From positions 95,234,001-95,298,000 of the forward strand of contig NC_086108.1 of the NCBI RefSeq assembly GCF_963921235.1: a stretch of 64,000 nt of DNA. Direction: 5' to 3'. The DNA is from Mobula hypostoma. Its lineage: Eukaryota. The notes beneath the pieces are model-generated. The model searched no databases and was not told the DNA's origin. It saw nothing but the letters and a program-made list of their open reading frames with translations. The position numbers were made by a program, and so were the translations under genes. Position 1 is the stretch's first letter, and each line of letters opens with the position of its first letter. This document shows positions 50,225-63,354 of this stretch, one piece after another.

Positions 50225-53200
50225 TTACATTAAATGAAAATATCGAATAAAAGGTCCCCAAATCTGTTCAAATTTAAATGAAGAATCATAAAGGTTACTT
50301 CTAATTTTCTCCAAATTCAAACATAAAATCGTCTGAGAAAACCAAAAAAAGGTAGTTGGAGCATTAAGCTCTTTCCAATGTTGTAAAATACATCTTTTCG
50401 CCATTAAAGTAAGAAATGCAATCATTCAACGGGCTGAAGGGGAAAGATTACTAGAAATTTTAGGTAGTCCAAAGATAGCAGTAATAGAGTGAGGAGAGAT
50501 ATCTATATTTAATACCTTAGAAATAATATTGAAAATATCTCTCCAAAAAGTTTCCAAAGTAGGACAAGACCAAAACATATGAGTTAAAGAGGCTATCTGC
50601 CCCGAACATCTATCACAGAAAGGATTAATATGCGAGTAAAAACGCGCTAACTTATCTTTGGACATATGTGCTCTATGAACCACTTTAAATTGAATTAGGG
50701 AATGTTTAGCACAAATAGAGGAAGTATTAACTAATTGTAAAATCTGCCCCCAATCATCCACAGAAATGGTAAGCCCCAATTCCTGTTCCCAATCTACCCT
50801 AATCTTATCAAATGGAGCTTTCCTAAGTTTCATAATAATATTATAAATCATAGCCGATGCACCTTTCTGACATGGATTAAGGTTAATTATCGAATCTAAA
50901 ATATATATAGGAGGAAGCATTGGAAAGGAAGAAAGTATAGTACTTAGGAAATTTCTAACTTGTAAATATCTAAAAAAATGTATTCTTGATAAGTTATATT
51001 TATTAGATAATTGTTCAAAAGACATAAGGGAACCATCTAAAAATAAATCCAAAAACCGTAAAATACCCTTAGTCTTCCAAGTTTGAAAAGCGCGATCCGT
51101 AAAAGAGGGAGGAAAAAATATGTTACCTAAAATAGGAATCGCTAACCCGAATTGATTAAGATCAAAAAATTTTCTGAATTGAAACCAAATGCGCAAAGCA
51201 TATTTAACTATCGGGTTAGAGACCTGCTTAAGGCATTTCGAATCAAAAGGAAGAGAGGAACCTAAAATAGAACCAAGTGTATAACCCTGAACAGATTGTA
51301 ATTCCAATGCTACCCATTTAGGAATAGATAGTATGTCCCGGTCAAGTAACCAAAATTTCATATGTCGAATATTAATAGCCCAATAATAAAATCTAAAGTT
51401 AGGTAATGCTAAACCTCCATCTCTCTTAGCTTTCTGTAAATGTATTTTACCCAGTCTCGGATTCTTATTCTGCCAAATAAATGAAGAAATTTTAGAGTCA
51501 ACTTTATCAAAAAAAGATTTAGGAACGAAAATTGGTAATGCCTGAAACACATATAAAAATTTTGGCAAAAAAAACATCTTAACTGCATTAATACGACCAA
51601 TCAAAGTTAAATATAAGGGAAACCATTTAGATGAAAGTTGAGTAATATGGTCTATTAATGGTAAAAAGTTAGTCTTAAATAAATCTTTATGTTTACAAGT
51701 AATTTTAATCCCAAGATATGAAAAGTAATTATTAATCAATTTAAATGGAAATTTATAATATAAGGGAAGATGTTTATTAATCGGAAAAAGTTCACTCTTA
51801 CTAAGATTTAATTTATAACCTGAGAAAAGACCAAATTGTGCTAATAACTCTAAAACAGCAGGAATGGATCTCTCAGGATTAGAAATATATAAAAGTAAAT
51901 CATCAGCATAGAGTGATAATTTATGGGACTTTAATCCCCGAGTTATCCCAGTAATATTTGAAGATTCTCGAATAGCAATTGCAAGAGGTTCTAATGCAAT
52001 ATCAAATAATAGGGGACTAAGAGGACAGCCTTGTCGAGTACCACGAAAGAGAGGAAAAAAAGGTGAGTTTAAAGAGTTAGTACGAACCGAGGCTACAGGG
52101 GAGTAATATAACAGTTTAATCCAGGATATAAATTTCAAGCTAAAATTAAACATTTCAAGCACCTTAAATAAATAAGGCCATTCTACTCTATCAAAAGCTT
52201 TCTCGGCATCTAAAGAAATAACACACTCAGGAACATTTTGTGAGGGAGTATAAACGATATTTAACAATGTACGAATATTATAAAAAGAGTAACGACCTTT
52301 AATAAAACCCGTTTGGTCTTCCGAAATAATAGAAGGAAGTACTTTTTCTAGTCTATTTGCTAATAACTTAGAAAAAACTTTAGAATCAACATTTAATAAA
52401 GATATTGGTCTATAAGATGCACATTGAGCAGGGTCTTTATCCTTCTTTAGTATTAAAGAAATTGATGCTCTATTAAAAGATTCCGGAAGTTTACCAAGTT
52501 TCAAAGAAGCCTCAAAAACCTTATAGAGCCAAGGAATCAATAAAGAAGCAAAACATTTATAAAATTCAACGGTAAACCCATCAGGGCCAGGAGCTTTCCC
52601 CAGATTCATAGAAAAAATAACATTCTTAATCTCATCCATTGTAATGGAAGTATCTAATAAAGAAGACATATCCTGTGAAATCTGAGGGAAGTCTAACTTA
52701 TCTAAAAAATCATTCATATATTTAGAATCTCGAGGAGACTCTGATTGATATAAAGAAGAATAAAAATCACAAAAGGTTTGATTAATCCCCACATGATCCA
52801 ATATCAATCGATCATTTTGGTTATAAATCTGATTGATTTGAGATTTAACATAATTAGATTTCAATTGATTAGCTAGCAGCTTGCCAATCTTATCACTGTG
52901 AACATAAAAATCACTTCTTGTTTTCTTTAATTGGTTTACAATCGAGGACGAGAGTAGTAAACTGTGTTCCATTTGAAGTTCAGTTCTTTGTTTGTATAGC
53001 TCCTCAGAAGGAGCCATAACATATTTCTTATCAATTTCTTTAATCTTGTCCACAATTGCCATCTCCTCCTGCTTTTGTTTCTTCCTCAAAGCAACGGAAT
53101 ACGAAATAATCTGACCCCGAATATAGGCTTTAAAAGTGTCCCAAAGAGTGTTAACCGAAATATCTTCTGTATAGTTAATTGTAAAAAAAAGCTCAATCTG

Positions 53201-54001
53201 TTCATTCATAAAATTAACAAAGTCCGAGTCCTGAAGCAACAGCGAATTAAAACGCCATTGTCTATTGTTTGGTATATTGGCCATAATTTTAATAGAAAGC
53301 TTAAGTGGAGCATGATCCGAAATGGTTATAGAATCATAATCACATTTAATCACTGAAGGAATGAGACGAGAATCAATGAAAAAATAATCAATTCTTGAAT
53401 AGGAATGATGAACATGTGAAAAGAAGGAAAAATCTTTTTCCTGAGGATGCAGAAAACGCCAAATGTCCGTCGACCCAGAATCAGAAAGGAAAAAATTAAT
53501 CAAATTTGCAGATTTATTAGGTAAAGTCCGTAAAGGAGCCGAACGGTCCAAAGCTGGAGATAAACAGGTATTAAGATCTCCGCCCCAAATCAATGAAAAC
53601 TCGTTCAAATTCGGAAACTGATCAAACAATGATTTATAAAATTCCGGACAATCCATATTAGGAGCATAAACATTAACCAAAACTACTTTTTTATTAAATA
53701 GTAAACCACTAACCAATAAAAATGTACCATTCGGATCAGAGATAATATCCTGTTGTATAAAAGTAACTGAGGAATCTATAAAAATAGAGACGCCTCGAAT
53801 CTTAGCATTGGAGTTCGAATGAAATTGTTGGCCCTTCCAGAATTTGAAAAAACGTAGTCTGTCCCCCCTCCGTACATGGGTCTCTTGTAAAAATAAAATT
53901 TGTGCTTTAAGTCTCCGGAACACTTTAAAAACTTTTTTCCTTTTAATAGGATGATTAAGACCATTAGTATTCCAGGAGACAAAATTAATAATAGACTCCA
54001 T
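50225..54001 (-). pseudogene. L1 ORF2p (APE endonuclease, RT, CCHC) with a single in-frame stop at 50426-50428
   Basis: Probable ATG at 54001 (MESIINFVSWNTNGL). LQETH, GGDLN, SRID, SDH, KAPGPDG, DAEKAFD, GTRQGCPLSP, YADD, CDRC..HMFWSC. The frame continues without shift after the TGA to the stop at 50225. Confidence 0.92.
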
Positions 54002-54722
54002 AAATCCTAAAGTCAACCCACAACAAGGAGGATTGACAATAGGCGCGACCCACAAACCCGGAGAGGAAACAGAACATACAAAAGATACCGGGGAAAAGGA
54101 CGCAACCAGTACTTCAATAATGTATATAGCCCAAAGAGAAACAAACTAAAACGTGAAGCCCCTCCCACCACCCCCCACCCCAAGACCCCAAGGCAAAATC
54201 TAAAGCAGACCCGCCAGAAAGAAGCAAGCGCTAAAACTACCCCCATGACTTCCGGTATACGCTCCCTAAAAAAAAGGTATAAATATGAAAAAGATCAGCT
54301 AATTGTAAAACAGTAAAAAAATAAGTAAAAAAAAGTTAGCTCAATTAAGATACATACAGAACAGAACAAAAGCCGGAAAATATATATTAAAAAAAAACCA
54401 CAATAAACCTCAAACTCATGAATAGACACAGCAACAAAAAAAATAGGATTATTAACATAAAGTGATTATAAAAAGCAAAACAGAATAAAATTTTTAAAAA
54501 ACTACAAAATTTAAGGCCGCACAGGAAATACGTAAGATGACAAAAGGGAAGTAACCACCCAGAATCCCCTGGGAAAAGAAAGAAATGACGCAGTTAAAAA
54601 GAAAGTTTAGCAGCCATATTAAGAAATCAAAAGTAAACTTTTCTGCCCAAATAGGGCACAGAAAAGTTAAAACCAACCAATTCACAGCCTCCGATCAACG
54701 GAGATAATTTAAAAAAAGGCAA

Positions 54723-55622
54723 TTAAGATGTTGAAGATGAAAGTTGATCCAGATAACTCTGGGCATCCGATGGAGAATCAAAAAAACGAAGGGCTCCATC
54801 TAACATGCGAATCCTTAGACGTGCAGGGTACAGCAGCGCTGGTCTTAAATCCATCTTATAGAATTCCGACATCACGGATCTGTAACGGACCCGTTGGTCC
54901 CAGATTGGTTTACTGAAATCTTCCACGAATCGGAACTTAAGATCCGAAAAATCAATGAAACCTTTAGATCGAGCGAATCGAAACAGTCTCTCCTTGTCTT
55001 GAAAATAATGAAAACGTAAAATAACATGCCTAGGTCTATCTGACCTAGACGAGTATGATGGGATTCTGTGAACACGATCCAGTAGCGGTGGTTGGTCAGG
55101 AAATACAGTAGGGAATGCATCTTTTAAAAGTTGAGAGAAATATTTCATGGGGTTGTTGGCTTCAACGGCTTCCCTCACGCCGATCATTCGTAAATTCTGC
55201 TGTCGCATTCTAGATTCCAAGTCAGAGTTTTTAAAAGTCAAAAAGTCCAGTTTCTTCTTCATTACATTAATTGTTTCTTCGATTTTCCCCATCTTAAGCT
55301 CACTTTGTTGCGCGAATTTTTGAAGATCAGATATAGCCGACTGATGTTCCGCAATACATGTTTGCATCTTATCAATTAAATCGGCAATTTTCTGGAAATT
55401 AGTTGAGATTTCCGTATGAATCAGGTCTTTAACAGAGCCTGCAATTTCCGTACAAATCATCTCCCTAACAGAGGTTGAAATTTCCCTCTGAATTAACTCC
55501 GATATCGCTTTCAAAGTCACCGGTGATTCAGTCGGGGGGAGATCCGTAGCTTTCGGTTTAACCGGAGGTTTACCATCCTTGCCGTTTTTCCCGTTCTTAG
55601 ACATAGCAGATCTAAGTATCAT
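54723..55622 (-). CDS. L1 ORF1p (coiled coil, RRM, CTD), intact
   Basis: 299 aa with DLESRMRQQNLRMIGVRE, LDRVHR, RPRHVILRF, EDFS and LLYPARL motifs. Confidence 0.9.
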   Translation of the reverse strand: MILRSAMSKNGKNGKDGKPPVKPKATDLPPTESPVTLKAISELIQREISTSVREMICTEIAGSVKDLIHTEISTNFQKIADLIDKMQTCIAEHQSAISDLQKFAQQSELKMGKIEETINVMKKKLDFLTFKNSDLESRMRQQNLRMIGVREAVEANNPMKYFSQLLKDAFPTVFPDQPPLLDRVHRIPSYSSRSDRPRHVILRFHYFQDKERLFRFARSKGFIDFSDLKFRFVEDFSKPIWDQRVRYRSVMSEFYKMDLRPALLYPARLRIRMLDGALRFFDSPSDAQSYLDQLSSSTS

Positions 55623-57754
55623 CCAATTGTCAGAGAATTCAGTTTAATTCAAAGTATTATAAAAATTGATGCCTTAATGGTTAATTAAAGTATAGCTGAC
55701 CATAGAGAAAAAAAACTCAGAGGTAATGGAGCGAGTCAAGAACGCGACTTCACTCCATGAGCGCTACCGGAAGTCTCCAGGAAACATCCTTTCCACATCC
55801 ATTCTATCAAGGCCTTTCTCCATTTGGTAGGTTTCAATATGGTCACCCCTCACTCTTCTAAATTCCAGTGAATACGTGCCCAGAGCCATCAAATGCTCTT
55901 CAAATAACAAGCTATTCAATCCTGGGATCATTTTCATGAATCTCCTTTCAATCCTCTCCAGTTTCAACACATCCTTCCTAAGATAAGGGGCCCAAAACTG
56001 CTCACAGTACTCCAAGACCTCAGCAGTGCTTTATAAAGGCTCAACATTACATCCTTGCTTTTATATTCTAGTCCCCTTGAAATGAATGCTAACATCGCTT
56101 TTGCCTACCTTACCACAGACTCAACCTGCAAATTAACCTTTAGGGAATCCTACACAATGAATCACAAACTCCCTCTATACCTTAGATTTTCCTCTCCATT
56201 GTGTTTTCTCTCCATTTAGAAAATAGTTAACCACTTCATTTCTTCTACCAAAGTGCATGTCTATACACTTCCCAGCGCTATATTCCATCTACCACTGCTT
56301 TGCCCATTCTCCTAATCTGTCCAAGTTCTTGTGTCGCCTCCCTATTTACTCAAAACTACCTGTCCCTCCACCAATCTTCGTATTATCTGCAAACTTTTCA
56401 ACAAAGCCATCAATTCCGTCATCTAAATCATTGTATAACATAAAAAAAAATTGGTCCTAATACAGACCCCCTATGGAACGCCACTAGTCACTGGCAGCCA
56501 AGCAGAAAAGGCTCCCTTTATTCCCACTTTTTGCCTCCTGCCAATCAGCCATTACTTTATCCATGCTAGAATCTTGACTGTAATACCATGAGCTCATAGC
56601 TTGTTAAGCAGCCTCATGTGTGGCACCTTGTCAAAGGTTTTCTGAAAATCCAAGTACACAACATCAACCAATTCTCCTTTGTCTATCCTGCTTGTTATTT
56701 TTTCAAAGAATTCCAACAGATTTGTCAAGCAAGATTTCCCCTTGAGAAAACCATACTCACTCCAGCCTATTTTATCATGAGCCTCCAAGTACCCCAAAAC
56801 CACAATCAGCTTCAACATCTTCCCAACCACTGAGGTCAGACTAACTGGCCTATAGTTTAGTTTCTTCTGCCTCTCTCCTTTCTTGATGAGTGGAGTGACT
56901 AGTGATTCTTGAAAGATCATTACTAATGCTTCCGTAATCTCTTCAGCCACCTCTTTCAGAATCCTGGGTGCAGGTGACTTATCTACCTTCAGGCCTTTCA
57001 GTTTCCTAAGAAACAACTTGACACACTTCATGCCCCCGACACCTGGAACTTCCACAATACTGCTAGTATCTTCCACTGTGAAGATTGATGCAAAATACTT
57101 ATTCCGTTTGTCTGTCATTTCCTTGTCCACCGTTACCTCTCCAGCAGCTTTTTCCAGCAGTCCAATATCTACTCTTGCCTCTTTTACACTTTCTGTATCT
57201 GAAGAAACTTTTGGTATCCTCTTTAATATTATTGGCTTGCTTACTTTTGTATTCCATCTTTACCTTAATTTTTTTTAGTTGCCTTCTGTCGATATACGAA
57301 AGCTTCTTAATACTCTTACTTCCCACTAAGTTTTGCTCTATTATATGCTCTTTCTTTAGCTTTTATGTTGGCTTTGACTTCCCTTGTTAGCCATAATTGT
57401 GTCATCTTGCCTTTAGAATACTTCTTCCTTTTTGGTATGTATATATCCTGTGCCTTCCAAATTGCTTCCAGAAATTCCGGCCATTGCTGCACTGCTGTGA
57501 TTCTTGCCAGAGTTGCTTTCCAGTCAATTCTGGCCAACTCCTCTCTCATGCCTCTGTAGTTTCCTTTACTTCATTGTAATAATGATACATTTGACTCTAT
57601 GACTGTAATAAATAACATTAGTGTAAGTGGGTAGTTGATGTTCAGTGCAGGCAGGGTTGGTGAGCTGAACGACCTGTTCCTCTGCTGTATGACTCTGATC
57701 TGCTTCCATTGGTTGCCAGGATTCCCGCAAAAGAGAACATGGGTGATCAGTGAG

Positions 57755-58645
57755 CAATACACAAAATGCTGGAGGAACTCAGATGTCAGGCAGCATCTAT
57801 GCAGAGGAATAAACAGTCAACATTTTAGGCCAAGATCCTTCATTAGGACGCTACACAACTTGAGTGCTTCTAGCATTTTATGTGTGTTGCTCAAGATATC
57901 CACATTCGCAGAATCTCTTGTTACAACTGAACAGTGACAGGTAGGGGGTGGGGTATTTCCTTCAAAACAAAGAAAACTGGTGGGACCTAATTAAGGTTTG
58001 TAAAATAATTAGATGATTGGCCAGTGTGAATAGGAAAGAAATTATTTCCCCAAGAGGCATTTATTTATGTTAAAAAGGTTAGAGGGAAGAAAAATCCACC
58101 CAAAAGTGTTACGAGCCTGGAACACACCACTATGAAGGACAACGGGCTCAAGCCCTTATTATTTTTAAAAGGAACCAAGATGAACCGAGGGTCATAATAC
58201 AAAAGTTACAGATGAAAAACTGAAAGCCACTCTCTGTTGGAAGAGTTCAGTCACAAATAAATGAAAATCTGCAGATGCTGGAAATCCAAGCAACACACAC
58301 AAAATGCTGCAGGAACTCAGCAGCTAGGCAGCATCTATGGAAGAGAGTACAATCGACATTTTGGGCTGTGGAAGAGTATTGTTTTAAGAACTGTTAGCAG
58401 AAGGTCTTGCATGTTTTTTGAAGTCACTGAGTAAAAAATATTTCAAGATTGTTGGGTTTTAAACAATAGATTTTATCAATACTGGAAATTCAGAGTAACA
58501 CATACAAAATGTTGGAGGAACTCAGCAGGTCAGGCAACATCTATGGAGGTGAATAAAGAGTTGACATTTCGGGCTGAGAACCTTCATCAAGATAATTCTG
58601 CCTGACCTGCAGACTTTTTACAGCACTTTGTGTAGGTTACTCTTG
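57755..58645 (-). repeat. Cluster of three short Penelope-derived elements (57755-57925, 58252-58370, 58478-58645)
   Basis: Shared ACAAAATG.TG.AGGAACTCAG..GGCA.CATCTATG and degenerate hammerhead segments. Two of them carry an inverted copy of their end. Confidence 0.65.
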
Positions 58646-59705
58646 TTTTATTATAGAACTCTGTTACAAGCCATCACATGTTTTACTACATAAGTATCTA
58701 CTATAATGCACTTTATTCCAAGATCTAAAATATCTGGTTCCACCATGAAAAGTGCAAAAAAATAGTTTATGTAAAATCAAAGTAATCATTCAAAAATTGT
58801 TTTGAACAGTGAAATCATTGCTGACGGTTAATTGACCATGAAACAAATGTTTCTACGTAGATTGGAAAGGATTGTTCTGATTTGTGTGTGAGATACGCAA
58901 GTTCTGTGTAGGTGGGGGTGTGAAACATGCTACAAGCATTGAGTAAAGATAAAACAACACCATAAAAGTAAGGTAATACCCTTAGAGTTAAATACTGTAT
59001 GTGCTGGAAAATTTGAATTAAAAATAAATAATGTTAGAAATGCTTAGGTAGGGCAGTATCTGTGGTGAGAGAAACATGGTCAGTGTTTTAGTTTGCTGAC
59101 CTTTCATCATAACTCCTCATGGTAAATATGTTAATTTTTTGTGACAGAGATAAGTGCAGCATTAAATATGAAAAGATAGAAGGAAGTGCGCAGGAAACCA
59201 TGTTAGTGCACACCCAGATTTTTTTTTTCCATATAACGCTATTGGTGAGGGTGACCAAATTCAAAACTAGTGATATTGGCCCACATTAACTATTTTTAAT
59301 CAGATTAGACACTTGTCTGCATTTGTTCCTATCTGTGAGTTCAAATCATTGAACATTAATGCACAGTTTGCACCTTAAGTCTGTGCACCCACATGAGTTT
59401 TTGAATGAGTTATACTACTGAAATGATAGATTTAAATCAGTGTTGCGTTTCTTACTGTTCAGGTCATTGGCAAGTCATGCTTGAAAATGATGTAGTCATT
59501 TTCATATTCTAAAACCACAACACCTTTTTGTCATAAACTCTTGTCAAAATCCATGAATTAATTTTTTGTAAAGTATTAATTAAAGCATAATTTCACAACT
59601 GAATCTGTTGAAAGTCAAGATATATTTTGCAGTACGAAGCTTTTTATTCTTTTGTTTCTGAGAGACAAATCAGAAATCAAATCTTACCAGATATTCTTGC
59701 ATGTA

Positions 59706-59825
59706 CAGTCAGTGGCCACTTTATTAGGTACACCTGGTTATTGCAACTATCCAATCATGCGGCAGCAACTCAATGCATAAAAGAATGCAAACATGGTCAA
59801 GCAGTTCAGTTGTTGTTCAGACTAA
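59706..59825 (+). mobile_element. Tc1-family left-end fragment
   Basis: TACAGTCAGTGGCCACTTTATTAGGTACACC, homologous to 28089 and 61206. Confidence 0.6.
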
Positions 59826-61205
59826 TTAGTCAGGATTGATTACACAACCATGAGAAAGTTATTATTGCATACCCAAATAAGATTAAATTATATTCTTAAC
59901 TCTTTGGAACTCAGTATTTGACAGAGAAGGTGATTGTTTCCTGTTGTCTTAACCACAGTACATGGGATACAAAGCTTGCTGAAAAGTTGGAGCAACAAAT
60001 GATTACTCCTTAAGAGGTTAAGAAAACTGATGATACCACAGTGGCAACCTGTATTCTTCTTGGCAATAACCAGCAAATTGATGGATGATGCCCCTTTCCC
60101 ATGTCTCGATCATATTATTGTAGCAGGTTTGCAAAGGAAACAACCCAACTACAAGCCAGGGAAACACTACTGCAAACAGGTCATGTCCCTCAAAACAACT
60201 AAATTGATTCCAGATTGGTTTGAAAAGTAGTCATCTGGCAGCTCATCTCTGGTGCAGTCAAGAGACGAGTCTTTTGAAAACCTGTGGCTGCAACATGTGG
60301 AACCAGTACTGAAGAGTATATTTCACAAATTAGGGATGAGTGCAAGTTCCAAGTATAATGAGTGAAGACCAGGAGATAGATTGGAGGCATACAGCATTAT
60401 TATTGACTTAGTGGTAATTACTCGCATATAGTCCAAGCTTCTTGACAGCACTTTTGTCCTTTGCATGGTCCTATTGTGAAGAGCAGGCTCACCTTGGCTC
60501 TCCTCAACAGTTGAATAATGTTTTTCTAAATGAGTTGGAATCACCGCCATGCACATGGTTCAAACCCAACATGGTACTGCAGTGATAACTTAAAGCTACT
60601 GAAATTGATCCCAGATGTGTAGCTACCAGCCCCACATGAAGTAAGCCCATAGGCTCAAAGAACATCTTGCAAGGTTCAGTTTCTGAATTCTTTCTTGAAT
60701 TAAGCTTGAAGGAGCCATTGTAGCTGTTGATTTGTAGATCTGAAGAAAGTACTGTATTTGATTGCTTCAGTTAGGAGAAGATGGCGACATCAAGCAGTTG
60801 TGAGTCAAGCTTTCAGATTGGAACGGTGTGAAACCAGATGGAAGTATTGAGTGAAAATGTCTGCATTGCTGTGGATAGGTGGATAATGAATAAGAAAGAG
60901 AATAGAACTTGAAAAAACCCCTAACTTAATGGAAAAATTGACAAAGGATGAACCATCAGCAGCAGTTAAATATTTTGGAAGATAGGTTATTTTAGTAACA
61001 GCTTGTACATTGAATACAATGGTTACATAAGCCCATTAGCTTCTTTACCAAAGTTAGCTTTATGAATCATAATTACTAATAAGAATTGAAGGGTATTTGA
61101 AACCTTACAGTTGTCAAAGTTCCAGAATTTCCATCAGTATTAGATATTATAGCAATCCTATTACTTCCAAATTTTGAGCTATTTTTAAACAGTATTAACT
61201 ATTTA

Positions 61206-61545
61206 AACTCAGTGGCTACTTTATTAGGTACACTTCTCGTTAATGCATTTTCTTATTAATGCAAGTATTTGATCAGCTGATCATGTGATAACAACTCAGT
61301 GCATAAAAGCATACAGACATGGTCTTGAAGTTCAGACCAAACATCAGAATGGGAAAGAACTGTGATCTAAGTGAATTTGACCATGGAAATATTGTTGTGA
61401 CAGGCGGGGTGTTTTGAGTATATCAGAAACTGCTGATCTCCTGGTATTTTCACACAAATCTCTAGAGTTTACAGAAAATGGTCCAAAAAAAGCAGTGAGC
61501 TGTGGATAAAAATGCTTCATTAATGAGAGCACTCAGAGAAGAGTA
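61206..61545 (+). mobile_element. Tc1-family left-end/N-terminal fragment
   Basis: Same terminus, plus degenerate DLSEFD.G....SISETADLL.FS coding sequence. Confidence 0.65.
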
Positions 61546-63308
61546 GACAGTAGGTGCAGGAGTAGGCCATTTGGCCCTTCAAGCCAGCACCACCATTCAC
61601 TGTGATCATGGCTGATCATCCACAATCAGTATTCAGTTCCTGCCTTATCCCCATAACCTTTGATTCCACTATCTTTAAGAGCTCTATCCATCTCTTTTTT
61701 GAAAGCATCCAGAGACTTGGCCTCCACAGCCTTCTGGGGCAGAGCATTCCATATATCCACCACTCTCTGGGTGAAAAAGTTTTTCCTCAACTCCGTTCTA
61801 AATGGCCGACCCCTAATTCTTAAACTGTGGCCTCTGGTTCTGGACTCAACCATCAGCGGGAAGATGCTTCCTGCCTCCAGCGTGTCCAATCCCTTAATAA
61901 TCTTATATGTTTCAATAAGATCCCCTCTCAGCCTTCTAAATTCCAGAGTATACAAGCCCAGTCGCTCCAATCTTTCGACATATGACAGTCCCGCCATCCC
62001 AGGAATTAACTTTGTGAACCTACGCTGCACTCCCTCAATAGCAAGAATGTCCTTCCTCAAATTTGGAGAATGAAACTGCACACTACTCCAGGTGTAGTCT
62101 CACCAGGGCCCTGTACAGCTGCAGAAGCACCTCTTTACTCTTATACTCAATTCCCCTTGTTATGAAGGCCAGCATGCCATTAGCTTTCTTCACAGCCTGC
62201 TGTAATTGCATGCTTGCTTTCAGTGACTGATGTACAAGAACACCTAGATCTCGTTGTACTTCCCCTTTTCCTAACTTGACTCCATTTAGATAATAACCTG
62301 CCTTCCCGTTCTTACCACCAAAGTGGATAACCTCACATTTATCCATATTAAACTGCATCTGCCATGCATCTGCCCACTCACCCAGCCTGTCCAAGTCACC
62401 CTACATTCTCATAACATCCTCCTCACATTTCACACTGCCACCCAGCTTTGTGTCATCGGCAAATTTGCTAATGGTACTTTTAATTCCCTCATCTAAATCA
62501 TTAATATATATTTTAAACAGCTGCAGTCCCAGCACTGAACCCTGCGGTACCCCACTGGTCACCGCCTGCCATTCCGAAAGGGAGCCGTTAATCGCTACTC
62601 TTTGTTTTCTGTCAGCCAGCCAATTTTCAATCCATGTCAGTACTCTGCCCCCAATGCCATGTGCCCTAATTTTGCCCACTAATCTCCTATGTGGGACTTT
62701 ATCAAAGGCTTTCTGAAAGTCCAGGTACACTACATCCACTGGCTCTCCCTTGTCCATTTTCATAGTTACATCCTCAAAAAATTCCAGAAGATTAGTCAAG
62801 CACTATTTCCCCTTCGTAAATCCATGCTGACGCAGACCAATCCTGTTACTACTATCCAGATGTGTGGTAATTTCATCTTTTATAATTGACTCCAGCATCT
62901 TTCCCACCACTGACATCAGGCTAACCGGTCTATAATTCCCTGTTTTCTCTCTTCCTCCCTTCTTGAAGAGAGGGACAACATTAGCCACCCTCCAATCCAC
63001 AGGAACTGATCTTGAATCTGTAGAACATTGGAAACGGCCATGATTTCTAAAGCCACCTCCTTAAGTACTCTGGGATGCAGACCATCAAGTCCCAGGGACT
63101 TATCAGCCTTCAGACCCAACAACCTATCCAACACCATTTCCTGCCTAATATAAATTTCCTTCAATTCATCCATTACCCTAGGTCCTTTGGCCACTATTAC
63201 ATCTGGGAGATTGTTTGTGTCTTCCCTAGTGAAGACAGATCCAAGGTACCTGTTCAGCTCATCTGCCATTTCCTTGTTCCCCATAATAAATTCACCCGCT
63301 TCTGTCTT
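61546..63308 (-). mobile_element. CR1 ORF2 RT fragment
   Basis: ORFs 61626-63323 with [33 protein letters not shown] and GDLIETYKI. Confidence 0.88.
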
Positions 63309-63354
63309 CTGTCTTGTAGCCACACAGCTTCAAGCTGACAAGAAAATGACAGTA

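Larger units (their letters stand above)
49872..55778 (-). mobile_element. Full-length L1 LINE (about 5.9 kb)
   Basis: 15-bp TSD AGGAAACATCCTTTC at 49857-49871 and 55779-55793. 5' end GGAGACTTCCGGT. Two ORFs. AATAAA followed by an A/GAAA-rich tail. Confidence 0.95.
49611..57595 (-). mobile_element. CR1 fragment split by the L1 insertion (49611-49871 and 55779-57595)
   Basis: FFSQRVVKLWN (49604-49792), EYCEQFWAPYLRKD (55764-56015), NYRPVSLTSVVGK/DFQKTFD (56594-57130). Confidence 0.8.

Noticed and set aside
60775..60960. AAGATGGCG (YY1-like) start of an old L1 5' end
   Set aside because: Too degenerate; no supporting ORF1 motifs.
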